IMG/VR virus record: IMGVR_UViG_3300032116_022045
Length of the DNA: 64,000 bases
Reading direction: 5' to 3' (one strand)
Source: a virus
Taxonomy: Duplodnaviria > Caudoviricetes
In this document: positions 48,769 to 58,789 of the stretch, in pieces
Layout of the letters: every line of letters begins with the position of its first letter
Numbering within the stretch: position 1 is the first letter of the stretch
Program-made: the position numbers and the translations under genes
The notes under the pieces: model-generated
Seen by the model: the letters and a program-made list of their open reading frames with translations, nothing else
What the model was told of the DNA's origin: nothing
The model's database searches: none

Positions 48769-49353
48769 ATGAAATTTAGTTTAGATTACATTAGAAAAAA
48801 GATAAACGATATTACTGATAGTAATAAAGATTATGGCGTTAATGATTTTGAAAATGAATTTTCAAAAACATTTGTTGGTGAAGGTTACGATTATGATTTG
48901 TTTAAATTAAATGTGGGTTTTAAAAACGAGTCAAATAATCCAGACCCAGAGTATGCTACTAATGGTTCTTCTGGTTTTGATTTAAGGGCTAATTTAAATG
49001 AATCAGTAACGTTAAAAAGCGGTAATAGAGCAATAATACCTACTGGTTTATATTTTGAGATACCAGAAAACTTTGAAATTCAAATTAGACCAAGGAGTGG
49101 TTTAGCAGCAAAAAATGGTGTTACTGTATTAAACACACCAGGAACAATTGATTCTGATTATACTGGTGAGATTAAAATAATTTTAATTAATCATGGTGAT
49201 GAAGATTTCACAATTAATCATGGTGATAGAATTGCTCAAGGTGTGTTAGCATCAGTATTAAATAAAAAAATTATTAAATTAACTAAACAAACTAACATTA
49301 CTTCTAATACTGAAAGAGGAAATGGTGGTTTTGGTTCAACAGGGATTCAATAA
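48769..49353 (+). CDS. dut: dUTPase (trimeric)
   Basis: [35 protein letters not shown]. Confidence 0.95.
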   Translation: MKFSLDYIRKKINDITDSNKDYGVNDFENEFSKTFVGEGYDYDLFKLNVGFKNESNNPDPEYATNGSSGFDLRANLNESVTLKSGNRAIIPTGLYFEIPENFEIQIRPRSGLAAKNGVTVLNTPGTIDSDYTGEIKIILINHGDEDFTINHGDRIAQGVLASVLNKKIIKLTKQTNITSNTERGNGGFGSTGIQ

Positions 49354-49364
49354 CTAAAATAAAT

Positions 49365-50366
49365 ATGAAAAGTAAATTCGATTTTAATGACATTCTAATT
49401 CAACCTGCGACCACATCAAAGATATCTAGTCGTAGTGAAGTAAATCCATACGTAAATGGTTATTTACCCTTAATAACAGCACCAATGGATACTGTTGTTG
49501 ATACTAATAACATAGATTTATATAGTTCACTAAAAATAAATGTTTGTTTACCTAGAGGTGAATATTATGTTGATAATAATGTGTTTATATCTTATTCATT
49601 AGATGATTTTATTTTTCTATATGAAGAAAAACTATTAAACAATAGTGGTAGTTATTTAATTGATATTGCGAATGGCCATATGGAAAAACTATTAACACAT
49701 GTTAGGTTATGTAAAGAAAAATATCCTAACATTAGGCTAATGGTTGGTAATGTTGCTAATCCAGAAACATATGTTGAATTATCAAATGCTGGTGCTGATT
49801 TAGTAAGATGTGGAATAGGTAATGGAAATGCATGTTCTACAACTTTACAAACTGGTGTTGGTTATCCTATGGCTTCTTTAATTCAAGAGTGTTATGACGC
49901 TTCATGTTTATTAGATAATCCAGCTAAAATCGTGGCAGATGGTGGTATGAAGAGTTATAGTGATGTTATTAAAGCATTAGCTTTAGGTGCTGATTATGTT
50001 ATGGTTGGCAGTATTTTTAATAAAGCTATTGAATCTTGTGGTGACAATTATTTATTTGGTAAAATTAAAGTAAGTCAAGAATTTGCTGAATTAGCTTATA
50101 GATACAAATTACCTGTTTATAAGAAATTTAGAGGTATGAGTACTAAAGAAGTTCAGAAAAAATGGGGTAAAGTAAAATTAACAACGTCTGAAGGTGTTAT
50201 TAGATATAGAAAAGTTGAATATCCTTTAAAAAAATGGGTAAATAACTTTGAAGATTATTTAAGAAGTGCTATGAGTTATACTGATTCTAAAACATTAAAT
50301 GAATTTATCGGTAATGTTAGTATAAATAAAATAACTAATAACGCATTTAACAGATTTAATAAATAA
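49365..50366 (+). CDS. GMP reductase / IMP dehydrogenase family protein (no CBS domains)
   Basis: ITAPMDTV, IDIANGH, GIGNGNACST catalytic Cys loop, IVADGG, FRGMST, LRSAMSY. Confidence 0.85.
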   Translation: MKSKFDFNDILIQPATTSKISSRSEVNPYVNGYLPLITAPMDTVVDTNNIDLYSSLKINVCLPRGEYYVDNNVFISYSLDDFIFLYEEKLLNNSGSYLIDIANGHMEKLLTHVRLCKEKYPNIRLMVGNVANPETYVELSNAGADLVRCGIGNGNACSTTLQTGVGYPMASLIQECYDASCLLDNPAKIVADGGMKSYSDVIKALALGADYVMVGSIFNKAIESCGDNYLFGKIKVSQEFAELAYRYKLPVYKKFRGMSTKEVQKKWGKVKLTTSEGVIRYRKVEYPLKKWVNNFEDYLRSAMSYTDSKTLNEFIGNVSINKITNNAFNRFNK

Positions 50367-50371
50367 AAAAT

Positions 50372-51562
50372 ATGGTTACAGTAGTTTGTTCATCACAAAA
50401 CCAATTAGATGAATTTAAAGAGCATGTTATTAAAACATCTGGTTTACATAATAAATTAGAGTTTTTAGGGTATGAAAACAAAGGTGAATTTTCATTAACG
50501 GAAATTTACAATCGTGGTTTGCGTGAAGCCAAAAATAACATTGTAGTTTTTATGCACGATGATATCATAATCGAAAAAAATAAATGGGCTGAAAAGATAA
50601 TCAAACTATTCGATAAAAACCCTGATTATGGTGTTATTGGCGTTGCTGGTACTAAATACTTATCAAGTAGTGGTAGATGGTGGGAAGACCCTAAAAAGAT
50701 GTATGGTAAGGTTTCACATACACATGAAGGTAAGACATGGTTATCATCATATTCTGAAGATTTGGGTAACGAATTAGAAGAAGTTGTTTTGGTAGATGGT
50801 GTTTTTTTTGCGGTAAATAAAGATAGACTTAAAAACAATTTTAATGAAGACGTTAAGGGATTCCATTTTTATGATGTTAATTTTTGTGTTGAGAATTACT
50901 TATCTGGGGTTAAAATTGGTGTTACAACACTGGTTAGAATTAACCATATGTCTATTGGTATGACAAACGATAAATGGGAAGAAAACAGACAAAATTTTGC
51001 TGATAAATTTAAAGAAAATTTACCGTTAACTATTAAAAAAGTTTTAAGGAAAAACGAAAAATTAAATATAATGTTTGTTTCTTTAACTTTTGATGATACA
51101 ACACAAAAAAGTAATATTATTTTAGAGCTTAGTAAAAAATTAAAGAATGAAGGTCATAATATAACAATTTGTTCAAATATGAATGGTAAATTACCAAATT
51201 TGGCTAAAAATAATAAAATAATTTTATCACCAATACAACAGCCACCTGGATTTTTATTAGGTGATGGTAATTGGAAAATGAATACACAACAAGGTGAAAT
51301 AATATCTCAAAAAAATACGTTATATAAAATTAAAGAAGAAAAATTTAATATTATCCATATTTTTGACGACAATATTATAGAACACTTTGTTAAATTATAT
51401 CCTAATTCAGTATTTGTTAATACTAAACAAAGTAATTCTTTATTTGTTAATGATAATAAAAATGAATTTGTTTCTGGTTCAATAAACATCAGCAATGATT
51501 TAAATGATATTATTAAATTACATGTTAATGAATTAATTAAAGAATATGAAAATTATTTATAA
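50372..51562 (+). CDS. GT-A (GT2-like) glycosyltransferase fused to a GT-B N-terminal-like domain
   Basis: SLTEIYNRGL...VFMHDD, DGVFFA, FHFYDV, and C-terminal NIMFVS...LELSKKLKNEGHNIT. Confidence 0.72.
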   Translation: MVTVVCSSQNQLDEFKEHVIKTSGLHNKLEFLGYENKGEFSLTEIYNRGLREAKNNIVVFMHDDIIIEKNKWAEKIIKLFDKNPDYGVIGVAGTKYLSSSGRWWEDPKKMYGKVSHTHEGKTWLSSYSEDLGNELEEVVLVDGVFFAVNKDRLKNNFNEDVKGFHFYDVNFCVENYLSGVKIGVTTLVRINHMSIGMTNDKWEENRQNFADKFKENLPLTIKKVLRKNEKLNIMFVSLTFDDTTQKSNIILELSKKLKNEGHNITICSNMNGKLPNLAKNNKIILSPIQQPPGFLLGDGNWKMNTQQGEIISQKNTLYKIKEEKFNIIHIFDDNIIEHFVKLYPNSVFVNTKQSNSLFVNDNKNEFVSGSINISNDLNDIIKLHVNELIKEYENYL

Positions 51563-52350
51563 TGGTTAAAATTGTATCTGGTTATTCTGAAAAAGGTGGT
51601 TCTACTTCAGCGTTAATTGATTTAACCAATGAATTAAATAATTATAAGATTGAAACTATTTTTTATGGTCCTCATAATTGGCATTTAGATAAATGTAATG
51701 CTAAAATATTGGATGATAGTTTAATAGTTAATAACGATGATATACTTATTTGTCATTTTTTACAATTACCTAGTAGACCAAATGCTAAAAAAGTTATATT
51801 AAGTTGTCATGAAAAATGGTGGTTTAAAGTAGGTGAAATTAAACAATATTGGGATATTGCTGTATTTTTACACGAAGAACATAGAAATTACCATAATAAT
51901 TATATTGGTGAGTCTATTATAATACCAAATCTAAAACCAAATCTAAAACCAAAAGATAAAAAAGACTTAGACTTAGTTGCTGGTATAATTGGTGCCATAG
52001 AAGATAGAAAACAAACACATATTTCTATAAAAAGAGCTTTATCTGATGGTTGCGAAAAAATAAAAATTTTTGGTAATATAAATGACCAAACATATTTTGA
52101 TTATTTTGTTAAACCATTATTGAATGATAATATTGAACTAATAGGATTTATAAATAATAAACAAGATATTTATGATTCAATTGGTCGTGTTTATCATTCA
52201 TCAAAAGGAGAAGTAGCTTGCTTAGTAAAAGATGAATGTTGGTTAACAAACACAAAATTTTTTGGTAATGAAGAAACTAATAATGAAGTTTCAACATTAA
52301 CCAATGAAGAAATTATAAATAAATGGAAAAAAATATTATTTAACTTATGA
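51562..52350 (+). CDS. GT-B (GT4-like) glycosyltransferase
   Basis: SEKGGSTSALIDLTNEL, IIGAIEDRKQ, GEVACLVKDEC. Confidence 0.65.
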   Translation: MVKIVSGYSEKGGSTSALIDLTNELNNYKIETIFYGPHNWHLDKCNAKILDDSLIVNNDDILICHFLQLPSRPNAKKVILSCHEKWWFKVGEIKQYWDIAVFLHEEHRNYHNNYIGESIIIPNLKPNLKPKDKKDLDLVAGIIGAIEDRKQTHISIKRALSDGCEKIKIFGNINDQTYFDYFVKPLLNDNIELIGFINNKQDIYDSIGRVYHSSKGEVACLVKDECWLTNTKFFGNEETNNEVSTLTNEEIINKWKKILFNL

Positions 52351-53063
52351 TAATACACGCACATATATTAGCATATAACGAAGAAAAGATATTACCCTTT
52401 ACTTTAGACTATTACTCACAATTTTGTGAAAAAATTTATATATATGATAATATGTCAACTGATAGTTCAGATGATATCTACAAGAAATACGATAAAGTTA
52501 ATGTTATAAAATGGGATAGTAATAATGAAATAAACGAAATTAATTATATAAATATAAAATCTAATTGTTACAAACAATATAGCAGACATGCTGATTGGGT
52601 TATTATATGCGATTGTGATGAGTTTTTATATCATAATAGATTAATAGACAAATTAAACTATTATAAAGAAAACAATATATCGGTACCAAAAATAAATGGG
52701 CATGATATGGTTAGTGAAACATTTCCAGTGTATGATGGTGAACTAATAACTAATAAAATAAAAATAGGTTCCGAAGTTTACCCACCATTTTGTAAAAATA
52801 TTATATTTAATCCTAAATTAGATGTTGAATATGGTATAGGTGGTCATTCATTTAATGCTAAAAATGCTGTATATTCAAATAGCCCTGAATTAAAATTATT
52901 ACATTATAAATTTTTAGGTATTGATTATGTTGAAAATATTTATAAAAATCGTGCAAAAAGACTAAGTAATTTTAATAAAGAAAATAGATTTGGTGAACAT
53001 TATTTTAATGTACCTTATGATTACATGAATAAATTATTATCTGAAAAAATAGAAGTAATATGA
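52347..53063 (+). CDS. GT2-like glycosyltransferase
   Basis: AYNEEKILPF, IYDNMSTD, WVIICDCDEF (DxD), LLHYKF. Confidence 0.75.
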   Translation: MIIHAHILAYNEEKILPFTLDYYSQFCEKIYIYDNMSTDSSDDIYKKYDKVNVIKWDSNNEINEINYINIKSNCYKQYSRHADWVIICDCDEFLYHNRLIDKLNYYKENNISVPKINGHDMVSETFPVYDGELITNKIKIGSEVYPPFCKNIIFNPKLDVEYGIGGHSFNAKNAVYSNSPELKLLHYKFLGIDYVENIYKNRAKRLSNFNKENRFGEHYFNVPYDYMNKLLSEKIEVI

Positions 53064-53878
53064 AAAAAATATTAATATCAGATTTTACAATAAATGAAAT
53101 TCCTCATGGTGGTTCAGAATGGGTTAATGAGGTATTAATTGATAATTTTAATTTAGAATTTGAATATTCACAAAATGTTAATAGTTTTGATATAAATAAT
53201 TTTTATATTATATCAAATATTTCACTAATGCGACCAGATTTAGTAAGACAAATACCTAATTTAAATTACATTATAATTGAGAATGATTATAAAATATGTC
53301 AATCAAGGCATCCATGGCGTTGGCCAGATTCAATAATACCAAAGAATGAAAGAATAAACTATGATTTATATAAAAACGCTAAAGCTGTGTTTGTTCAAAC
53401 AAACGACCATTTAAGAGTTTTTAAAATTAATGATGTTAACGCTAATTTTGTTAATTTACATTCATCAATATGGTCAGAAAATGATTTAAATTTATTAGAA
53501 AAAATTTTAAATAACACTAATGATAAAAACGGATATTATGGTATTTATGAAACAAATAATTGGATTAAAAACACAAACGGTGCGATAGAATATTGTAAAA
53601 ATAACAATTTTAATTATAAATTAATACCTAATAACCATAATAGAGAAGTTTTTTTATCTGAAATTGCAAATTGTTCTCATTTAGTTTTTTTACCAATCGC
53701 TAGAGAAACTTTTTGTAGATTAGTTGTGGAAGCTAAATGTATGGGTGTTAATGTGATAACAACAAAAAACTACGGAGCTTCATTAGAGGGTTATTTCGAA
53801 ATGATTGGTCAAGAATTAATTGATTTTTTAAGAGAACAAACTAAAGATAATTTAAAAAAAATAAATAATTACATATGA
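53060..53878 (+). CDS. GT-B-like glycosyltransferase
   Basis: PHGGSE, IENDY, FLPIARETFCRLVVEAKCMG. Confidence 0.65.
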   Translation: MKKILISDFTINEIPHGGSEWVNEVLIDNFNLEFEYSQNVNSFDINNFYIISNISLMRPDLVRQIPNLNYIIIENDYKICQSRHPWRWPDSIIPKNERINYDLYKNAKAVFVQTNDHLRVFKINDVNANFVNLHSSIWSENDLNLLEKILNNTNDKNGYYGIYETNNWIKNTNGAIEYCKNNNFNYKLIPNNHNREVFLSEIANCSHLVFLPIARETFCRLVVEAKCMGVNVITTKNYGASLEGYFEMIGQELIDFLREQTKDNLKKINNYI

Positions 53879-54771
53879 TAACAAGACTAAAAGATTTTTT
53901 TATAACTAAATTGACATTATTTTTAATGTCTATTTCAAAAATAGAAAAAGAAACTTTAACAAATCAAAACAAATCTTCTAACGATAACAAAAATAACGAT
54001 AGGAGAGCAACACAAGGTCAATTAGCTGACTCATTATTAAATGGTGAAATAACAAAAGAAGTTGAAAATTTTAGATGGAGAACATATAAAATATTAAGAC
54101 AAATTGAAGGGTTAGAATCAACTATAATTGGTTATGATGATGATGGTTTTCCGATAGTAGAAACTAAAAAAATAAATAGGAAAGAATCATTATCAAAAAT
54201 AAAATTAGATGAATATGATAATTATGAATTAGAAATGGTTGTTGATAATACCCCAATAACTGTTTCTATTGCTGACACCCTAAAAACAATTAATGATGAC
54301 GAATTAATTGATGAAATACAGCATAATGCTAATTTTAAGAATACTTACCCTTTAACCATAAAAAGAAAAATAATATCAAGTTTTGACATTGAAAAATATA
54401 CTAAAAAGTTAAATGTTAGAATTATTGATAATAATAAAAGATTATTAGAGTTCTATATAAGCAAATATCCAGATATAGAAAATAAGACACATAAATTATT
54501 CATCAATAAATTGAAAAAAACTATTGATAATCCAAATAGTAGTAATATTTTTAATATAGATAGCGTTTATTTTATAACTAACAAAACGATTGGCGTTGTT
54601 GATTTATTAGAATTTGAATTTAATAATTTAATATATGATAAGACAATTGAATTTGATGGTTATTACGTTGTTAAATTTGTAGGTGAAATAGAAAAAAATG
54701 GTTTGGATTTAACTAACAAATATTTAAACGAAAAATTAGAAATCAAATACGATAATAAAGTTAAGAAATGA
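53875..54771 (+). CDS. Hypothetical protein embedded in the glycan island
   Basis: 298-aa ORF overlapping both neighbours, with no glycosyltransferase motif recognised. Confidence 0.6.
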   Translation: MITRLKDFFITKLTLFLMSISKIEKETLTNQNKSSNDNKNNDRRATQGQLADSLLNGEITKEVENFRWRTYKILRQIEGLESTIIGYDDDGFPIVETKKINRKESLSKIKLDEYDNYELEMVVDNTPITVSIADTLKTINDDELIDEIQHNANFKNTYPLTIKRKIISSFDIEKYTKKLNVRIIDNNKRLLEFYISKYPDIENKTHKLFINKLKKTIDNPNSSNIFNIDSVYFITNKTIGVVDLLEFEFNNLIYDKTIEFDGYYVVKFVGEIEKNGLDLTNKYLNEKLEIKYDNKVKK

Positions 54772-55505
54772 ATAAAGATATTACAGTTATTTTAAATGGT
54801 TATAAACGACCACAGTTTTTAAAAGAGCAGGTCGACTCAATTTTTAATCAAACAATAAAACCTAGTGAAATTATGTTTTGGCAAAATGGTATTAATGATT
54901 TTGATGAAAACATAAAAAACAATTTAACATCTATTGTATCAAATACAAATTTAGGTGTTTGGGCTAGGTTTGCTTTAGCTTTAAATGCTAAAACAGAATA
55001 TATTTGTATTTTTGATGATGACACAATACCAGGTGACATGTGGTTTGAAAATTGTTTGGAAACAATGAAAACGCATGAAGGTTTGCTAGGTACTATTGGT
55101 TTAATATACGATACACCAAATAGCTACAGACCAAATACAAGATTTGGTTGGGCTGATATTAATAATCCAGAAACAATAATGGTTGATATTGTTGGTCATT
55201 GTTGGTTTTTTAAAAGAGATTGGTTATCCGCTTATTGGAGAGAATTACCACCAATAGGTTTAACAACTGTTGGTGAAGACATGCATTTTTCTTATACTAT
55301 CCAAAAATATTTAGGTTTAAATACATACGTACCACCTCATCCAGAAGATAATAAAAGATTGTGGGGAAGTTTAAAAGGTTGGGAAATGGGTACTGAAAAA
55401 AACGCTTTATCATTTAATAATAATAATTTAACACTTATGGATAATTATCATAAAGATTTAATATCTAAAGGTTTCAAATTAATTAGACATGGAAAAATTC
55501 AATAG
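54768..55505 (+). CDS. GT2-like glycosyltransferase
   Basis: VILNGYKRP, NLGVWARF, ICIFDDDTIPG, VDIVGH, GEDM. Confidence 0.75.
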   Translation: MNKDITVILNGYKRPQFLKEQVDSIFNQTIKPSEIMFWQNGINDFDENIKNNLTSIVSNTNLGVWARFALALNAKTEYICIFDDDTIPGDMWFENCLETMKTHEGLLGTIGLIYDTPNSYRPNTRFGWADINNPETIMVDIVGHCWFFKRDWLSAYWRELPPIGLTTVGEDMHFSYTIQKYLGLNTYVPPHPEDNKRLWGSLKGWEMGTEKNALSFNNNNLTLMDNYHKDLISKGFKLIRHGKIQ

Positions 55506-56208
55506 TGATTTTGACTATTTTTGGGGTTTAATCGAAAATAATAATAATTTTACTTTCACAAGATATGCTGATGGTGAAGTTATGTTAATGAATGGTATAT
55601 CAGTAAAAGAAGGTACACAAGCATACAATGTTGATAAATGGTCAGCGCCAACTGGTTTAACAAAAGTTGGCAGAGAATTAATTGAAAGTTTAAATCATAT
55701 CGAAGATAATTATTATTACGCCATATCATCAAAAACAGATAACATAAATGATTATTCATTTTTAAGAAATAATATAAAACAAAATGATGATAAAATAACT
55801 TTTGTAAACCTTTGGATTAATGCTAATTATGGTAAATCAATCGAAAAATATAAATCCTTAAAAAGAGATGTAACATTAATTTGCAATTATAAAGCTAAAA
55901 AAGAAAACTTCCCATTTAAAGTTAATAAAATTTATCCTTTCCCAAATAATTGTGTTGAATATTGGGAAACTAGTGGTGATAATTTTATTGAAATGTTATT
56001 AACTGATTTTGGTTATAAACAAAATGAATTGTTTTTTATTTCTTGCGGTCCTATTTCAGAGATTATTATAGATAAACTATATCGTAACAACCCAAATAAC
56101 ACTTACGTTGATGTAGGGTCTTCTATTGACGAATTTGTGCATGGTTATAAAACTAGACCTTACATGTATGATAACACTATTTACAGTAAAATGATTTCTA
56201 GTTTTTAA
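55489..56208 (+). CDS. Putative GT-D-fold (DUF1792-like) glycosyltransferase
   Basis: FTFTRYADGE, FFISCGPISEII...YVDVGSSID. Confidence 0.5.
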   Translation: MEKFNSDFDYFWGLIENNNNFTFTRYADGEVMLMNGISVKEGTQAYNVDKWSAPTGLTKVGRELIESLNHIEDNYYYAISSKTDNINDYSFLRNNIKQNDDKITFVNLWINANYGKSIEKYKSLKRDVTLICNYKAKKENFPFKVNKIYPFPNNCVEYWETSGDNFIEMLLTDFGYKQNELFFISCGPISEIIIDKLYRNNPNNTYVDVGSSIDEFVHGYKTRPYMYDNTIYSKMISSF

Positions 56209-56209
56209 A

Positions 56210-56902
56210 ATGATACAAGTAGTATATACGCATAGTAATTGCTCTGATTTATGGGAGATGTTTATTGAACAAAATAAAAAACACATAGGTTGGCCAATAT
56301 TTTTTATAACTAATAAATTAATACCTAATTATCCAGAAGATAGTCAGTACATCTACAATGACACTGACAATTATTCTGATGTTTGGATATCTGTATTAAA
56401 TAAAATTAATTCTGAATTTTTTATTTATTTACAAGAAGATTTTATTTTATATAATGACGCTAACATAAATAAAATTAATGATTACACTAACTTTTTAAAA
56501 AATAGTGATTATTCATTTGTAAGATTAATAAAATCTGGTGACATCAATCAAAAAATAACTGAAACACTGTATGAAATTTCTTCATCAAACCAATTTATTT
56601 TTGCTATGCAAACAACTATATGGAAAACAAAAGACTATATAAAAATTTTAGAAAACGTACATGAAGAAAAATGGTTAGAAACAGATGGATATAAAAATTA
56701 TATGTCACAAAATAATATAAAAGGTTTATCACATTATGATAGTGAACCAAAAAGAGGTGGTAACCATTCGGATAGTAATGTCTATCCTTACATAGCAACA
56801 GCTTTGGTTAAAGGTAAATGGATACTTTCAGAATATCCCAACGAATTAACACCAATTCTAACTAATTACGGAATCAATCAAAACATACGAGGTGTAATAT
56901 AA
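56210..56902 (+). CDS. Putative GT-A-like glycosyltransferase
   Basis: YTHSNCSDLW, FIYLQEDFIL, QTTIWK. Confidence 0.5.
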   Translation: MIQVVYTHSNCSDLWEMFIEQNKKHIGWPIFFITNKLIPNYPEDSQYIYNDTDNYSDVWISVLNKINSEFFIYLQEDFILYNDANINKINDYTNFLKNSDYSFVRLIKSGDINQKITETLYEISSSNQFIFAMQTTIWKTKDYIKILENVHEEKWLETDGYKNYMSQNNIKGLSHYDSEPKRGGNHSDSNVYPYIATALVKGKWILSEYPNELTPILTNYGINQNIRGVI

Positions 56903-56945
56903 CAATAAGTATTTACTATAACGTTAAAAAGAATATATTTGTAAT

Positions 56946-57707
56946 ATGAAATACATTGCATTAAACTACAGTTATGACTTAAATAAAATGGTCGATATTG
57001 GTCGAAAATGGGCTTTTGATATCTATAAAAATGATGATTTTATTTGTGATTATTCAGCAGCTTCATATGCAACGTTTATTGATAAAAATCCAACTAAACT
57101 TCTTTATCTTTATTGTGACAACATTGAAAAAATGAAGTCTAAAATGAATCATTATAACATTGACCAAGATAGAATAATTTATATTGATTACAGTGATGTT
57201 ATAAGACAATACGGTAATGATTTATCATATAGTTTTACAGTATTAAACGATTTTATAAACAATGCGAAATCTGATAAAGAATATACTATAAAAATTGATA
57301 ATGATTTAATTTTTAAAGAAGAATTACCAGAACCAGACCCAAATAGTATTATGGTTTGGAAATATGAAAGAATAGTTAAAAACGGTGATGTAAGATGGGG
57401 TGAAATTAAAATATGTAATGAAGTACTTAATGATTTAGATTTTAAAATTTATAATTTAGGATTATTTGGGTTACCTCATGATTATCAAAAACATGAGGCC
57501 AAAGAAATAATGGATAAAATGATTTCGGTTGATATTTCTGATGTCACTGATGTTGATTCTAAAATTTATCATTGTTGTGAACAAACAGCTAACAATTATG
57601 TATTTCATAAATACGGTTATAATATTATTGAAACGTATCAATATGTTGACCACAATTTTGACAATAAAGGTAAATGTATTACCGATGCTAAATATTTAAA
57701 AAAATAA
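56946..57707 (+). CDS. Putative GT-A-like glycosyltransferase
   Basis: IKIDNDLIF (DxD-like), YNLGLFG, CEQ. Confidence 0.5.
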   Translation: MKYIALNYSYDLNKMVDIGRKWAFDIYKNDDFICDYSAASYATFIDKNPTKLLYLYCDNIEKMKSKMNHYNIDQDRIIYIDYSDVIRQYGNDLSYSFTVLNDFINNAKSDKEYTIKIDNDLIFKEELPEPDPNSIMVWKYERIVKNGDVRWGEIKICNEVLNDLDFKIYNLGLFGLPHDYQKHEAKEIMDKMISVDISDVTDVDSKIYHCCEQTANNYVFHKYGYNIIETYQYVDHNFDNKGKCITDAKYLKK

Positions 57708-57709
57708 TT

Positions 57710-58789
57710 ATGAATAACGGAATATCTATAATTGGGGTTGGTAAATTAGGATTATGTTTAGGTCTTAATTTAGAACGAAAAGGTTACAATATACTAGGGG
57801 TTGATTTATCAGAAGAATATATTAATTTGTTAAATAATAAAGAATATAAAACAGAGGAACCATATGTTGAAGAATATTTGAAAAATAGTAAAAATATTTT
57901 ATTTACCACTGATTTGAAAAAATCATTAGAGAATGATGTTTTATTTATCGTTGTTCAAACCCCATCAACAACTGATTGGCAATATGACCATTCAAATATT
58001 GATAAGATATGCAATACATTTATTTCTTTTGGAGTACAAAAAACTAGAAAAGATTTAATAATAAACTCAACAACATTTCCAGAATACTGTGAAAAATTAC
58101 ATGAGAAAATGGTTAAGTATAATTTTCATATTTCTTATAACCCAGAATTTATTGCTCAAGGTTCTATAATTAAAGACCAAATTAATTGTGATAACGTTTT
58201 AATTGGAGAATGTGATATTATGGCTGGTAATTTAATTCAATCTATTTATGAAAATATGTGTGAGTCAAACCCTATTATGAATAGAATGAGTTTAACAGAA
58301 GCTGAATTAACAAAAATAGCAGTTAATTGTTTTCTAACAACTAAAATTAGTTACGCCAATATGATTGGCGATATTGCCGAAAGATTAAATTGCGATTCAA
58401 ACACTATATTAAATGCTGTTGGTTCAGATTCAAGGATTGGAGTTAAATACCTAAAACATGGTTTTGGTTTTGGTGGTCCTTGTTTCCCTAGAGACAACCG
58501 AGCATTATCAAATTGTGCCTCAAAAGTTGGGATTGATGCTGTTATATCCAAAGCAACTGACGAAATGAATAATAAACATTTAGAATACCAAATTGAAAAC
58601 TTTGTTAAAAACAATCCTAATAAAGACAATGAGGTAGAAATTGAATATGTCACATATAAAAAGGATAGTACCATCATTGAAGAATCACAACAATTAAGAT
58701 TTGCTGTTAGGTTAAAAGAATTAGGATATAAAATAAAATTATTAGATAATAGGGTTGAAGTTATTAAACAATTAAATAATATGTTATGA
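57710..58789 (+). CDS. ugd: UDP-glucose/GDP-mannose 6-dehydrogenase family protein
   Basis: GVGKLG, VQTP, YNPEFIAQG, AELTKIAVNCFLTTKISYAN, GFGGPCFPRD. Confidence 0.9.
   Translation: MNNGISIIGVGKLGLCLGLNLERKGYNILGVDLSEEYINLLNNKEYKTEEPYVEEYLKNSKNILFTTDLKKSLENDVLFIVVQTPSTTDWQYDHSNIDKICNTFISFGVQKTRKDLIINSTTFPEYCEKLHEKMVKYNFHISYNPEFIAQGSIIKDQINCDNVLIGECDIMAGNLIQSIYENMCESNPIMNRMSLTEAELTKIAVNCFLTTKISYANMIGDIAERLNCDSNTILNAVGSDSRIGVKYLKHGFGFGGPCFPRDNRALSNCASKVGIDAVISKATDEMNNKHLEYQIENFVKNNPNKDNEVEIEYVTYKKDSTIIEESQQLRFAVRLKELGYKIKLLDNRVEVIKQLNNML

Noticed and set aside
48207-50366. Z-genome or other base-substitution pathway (HD hydrolase as DatZ)
   Set aside because: No PurZ or MazZ is seen, the HD protein has a different motif pattern with HQ, and an ordinary dUTPase argues against uracil-DNA.
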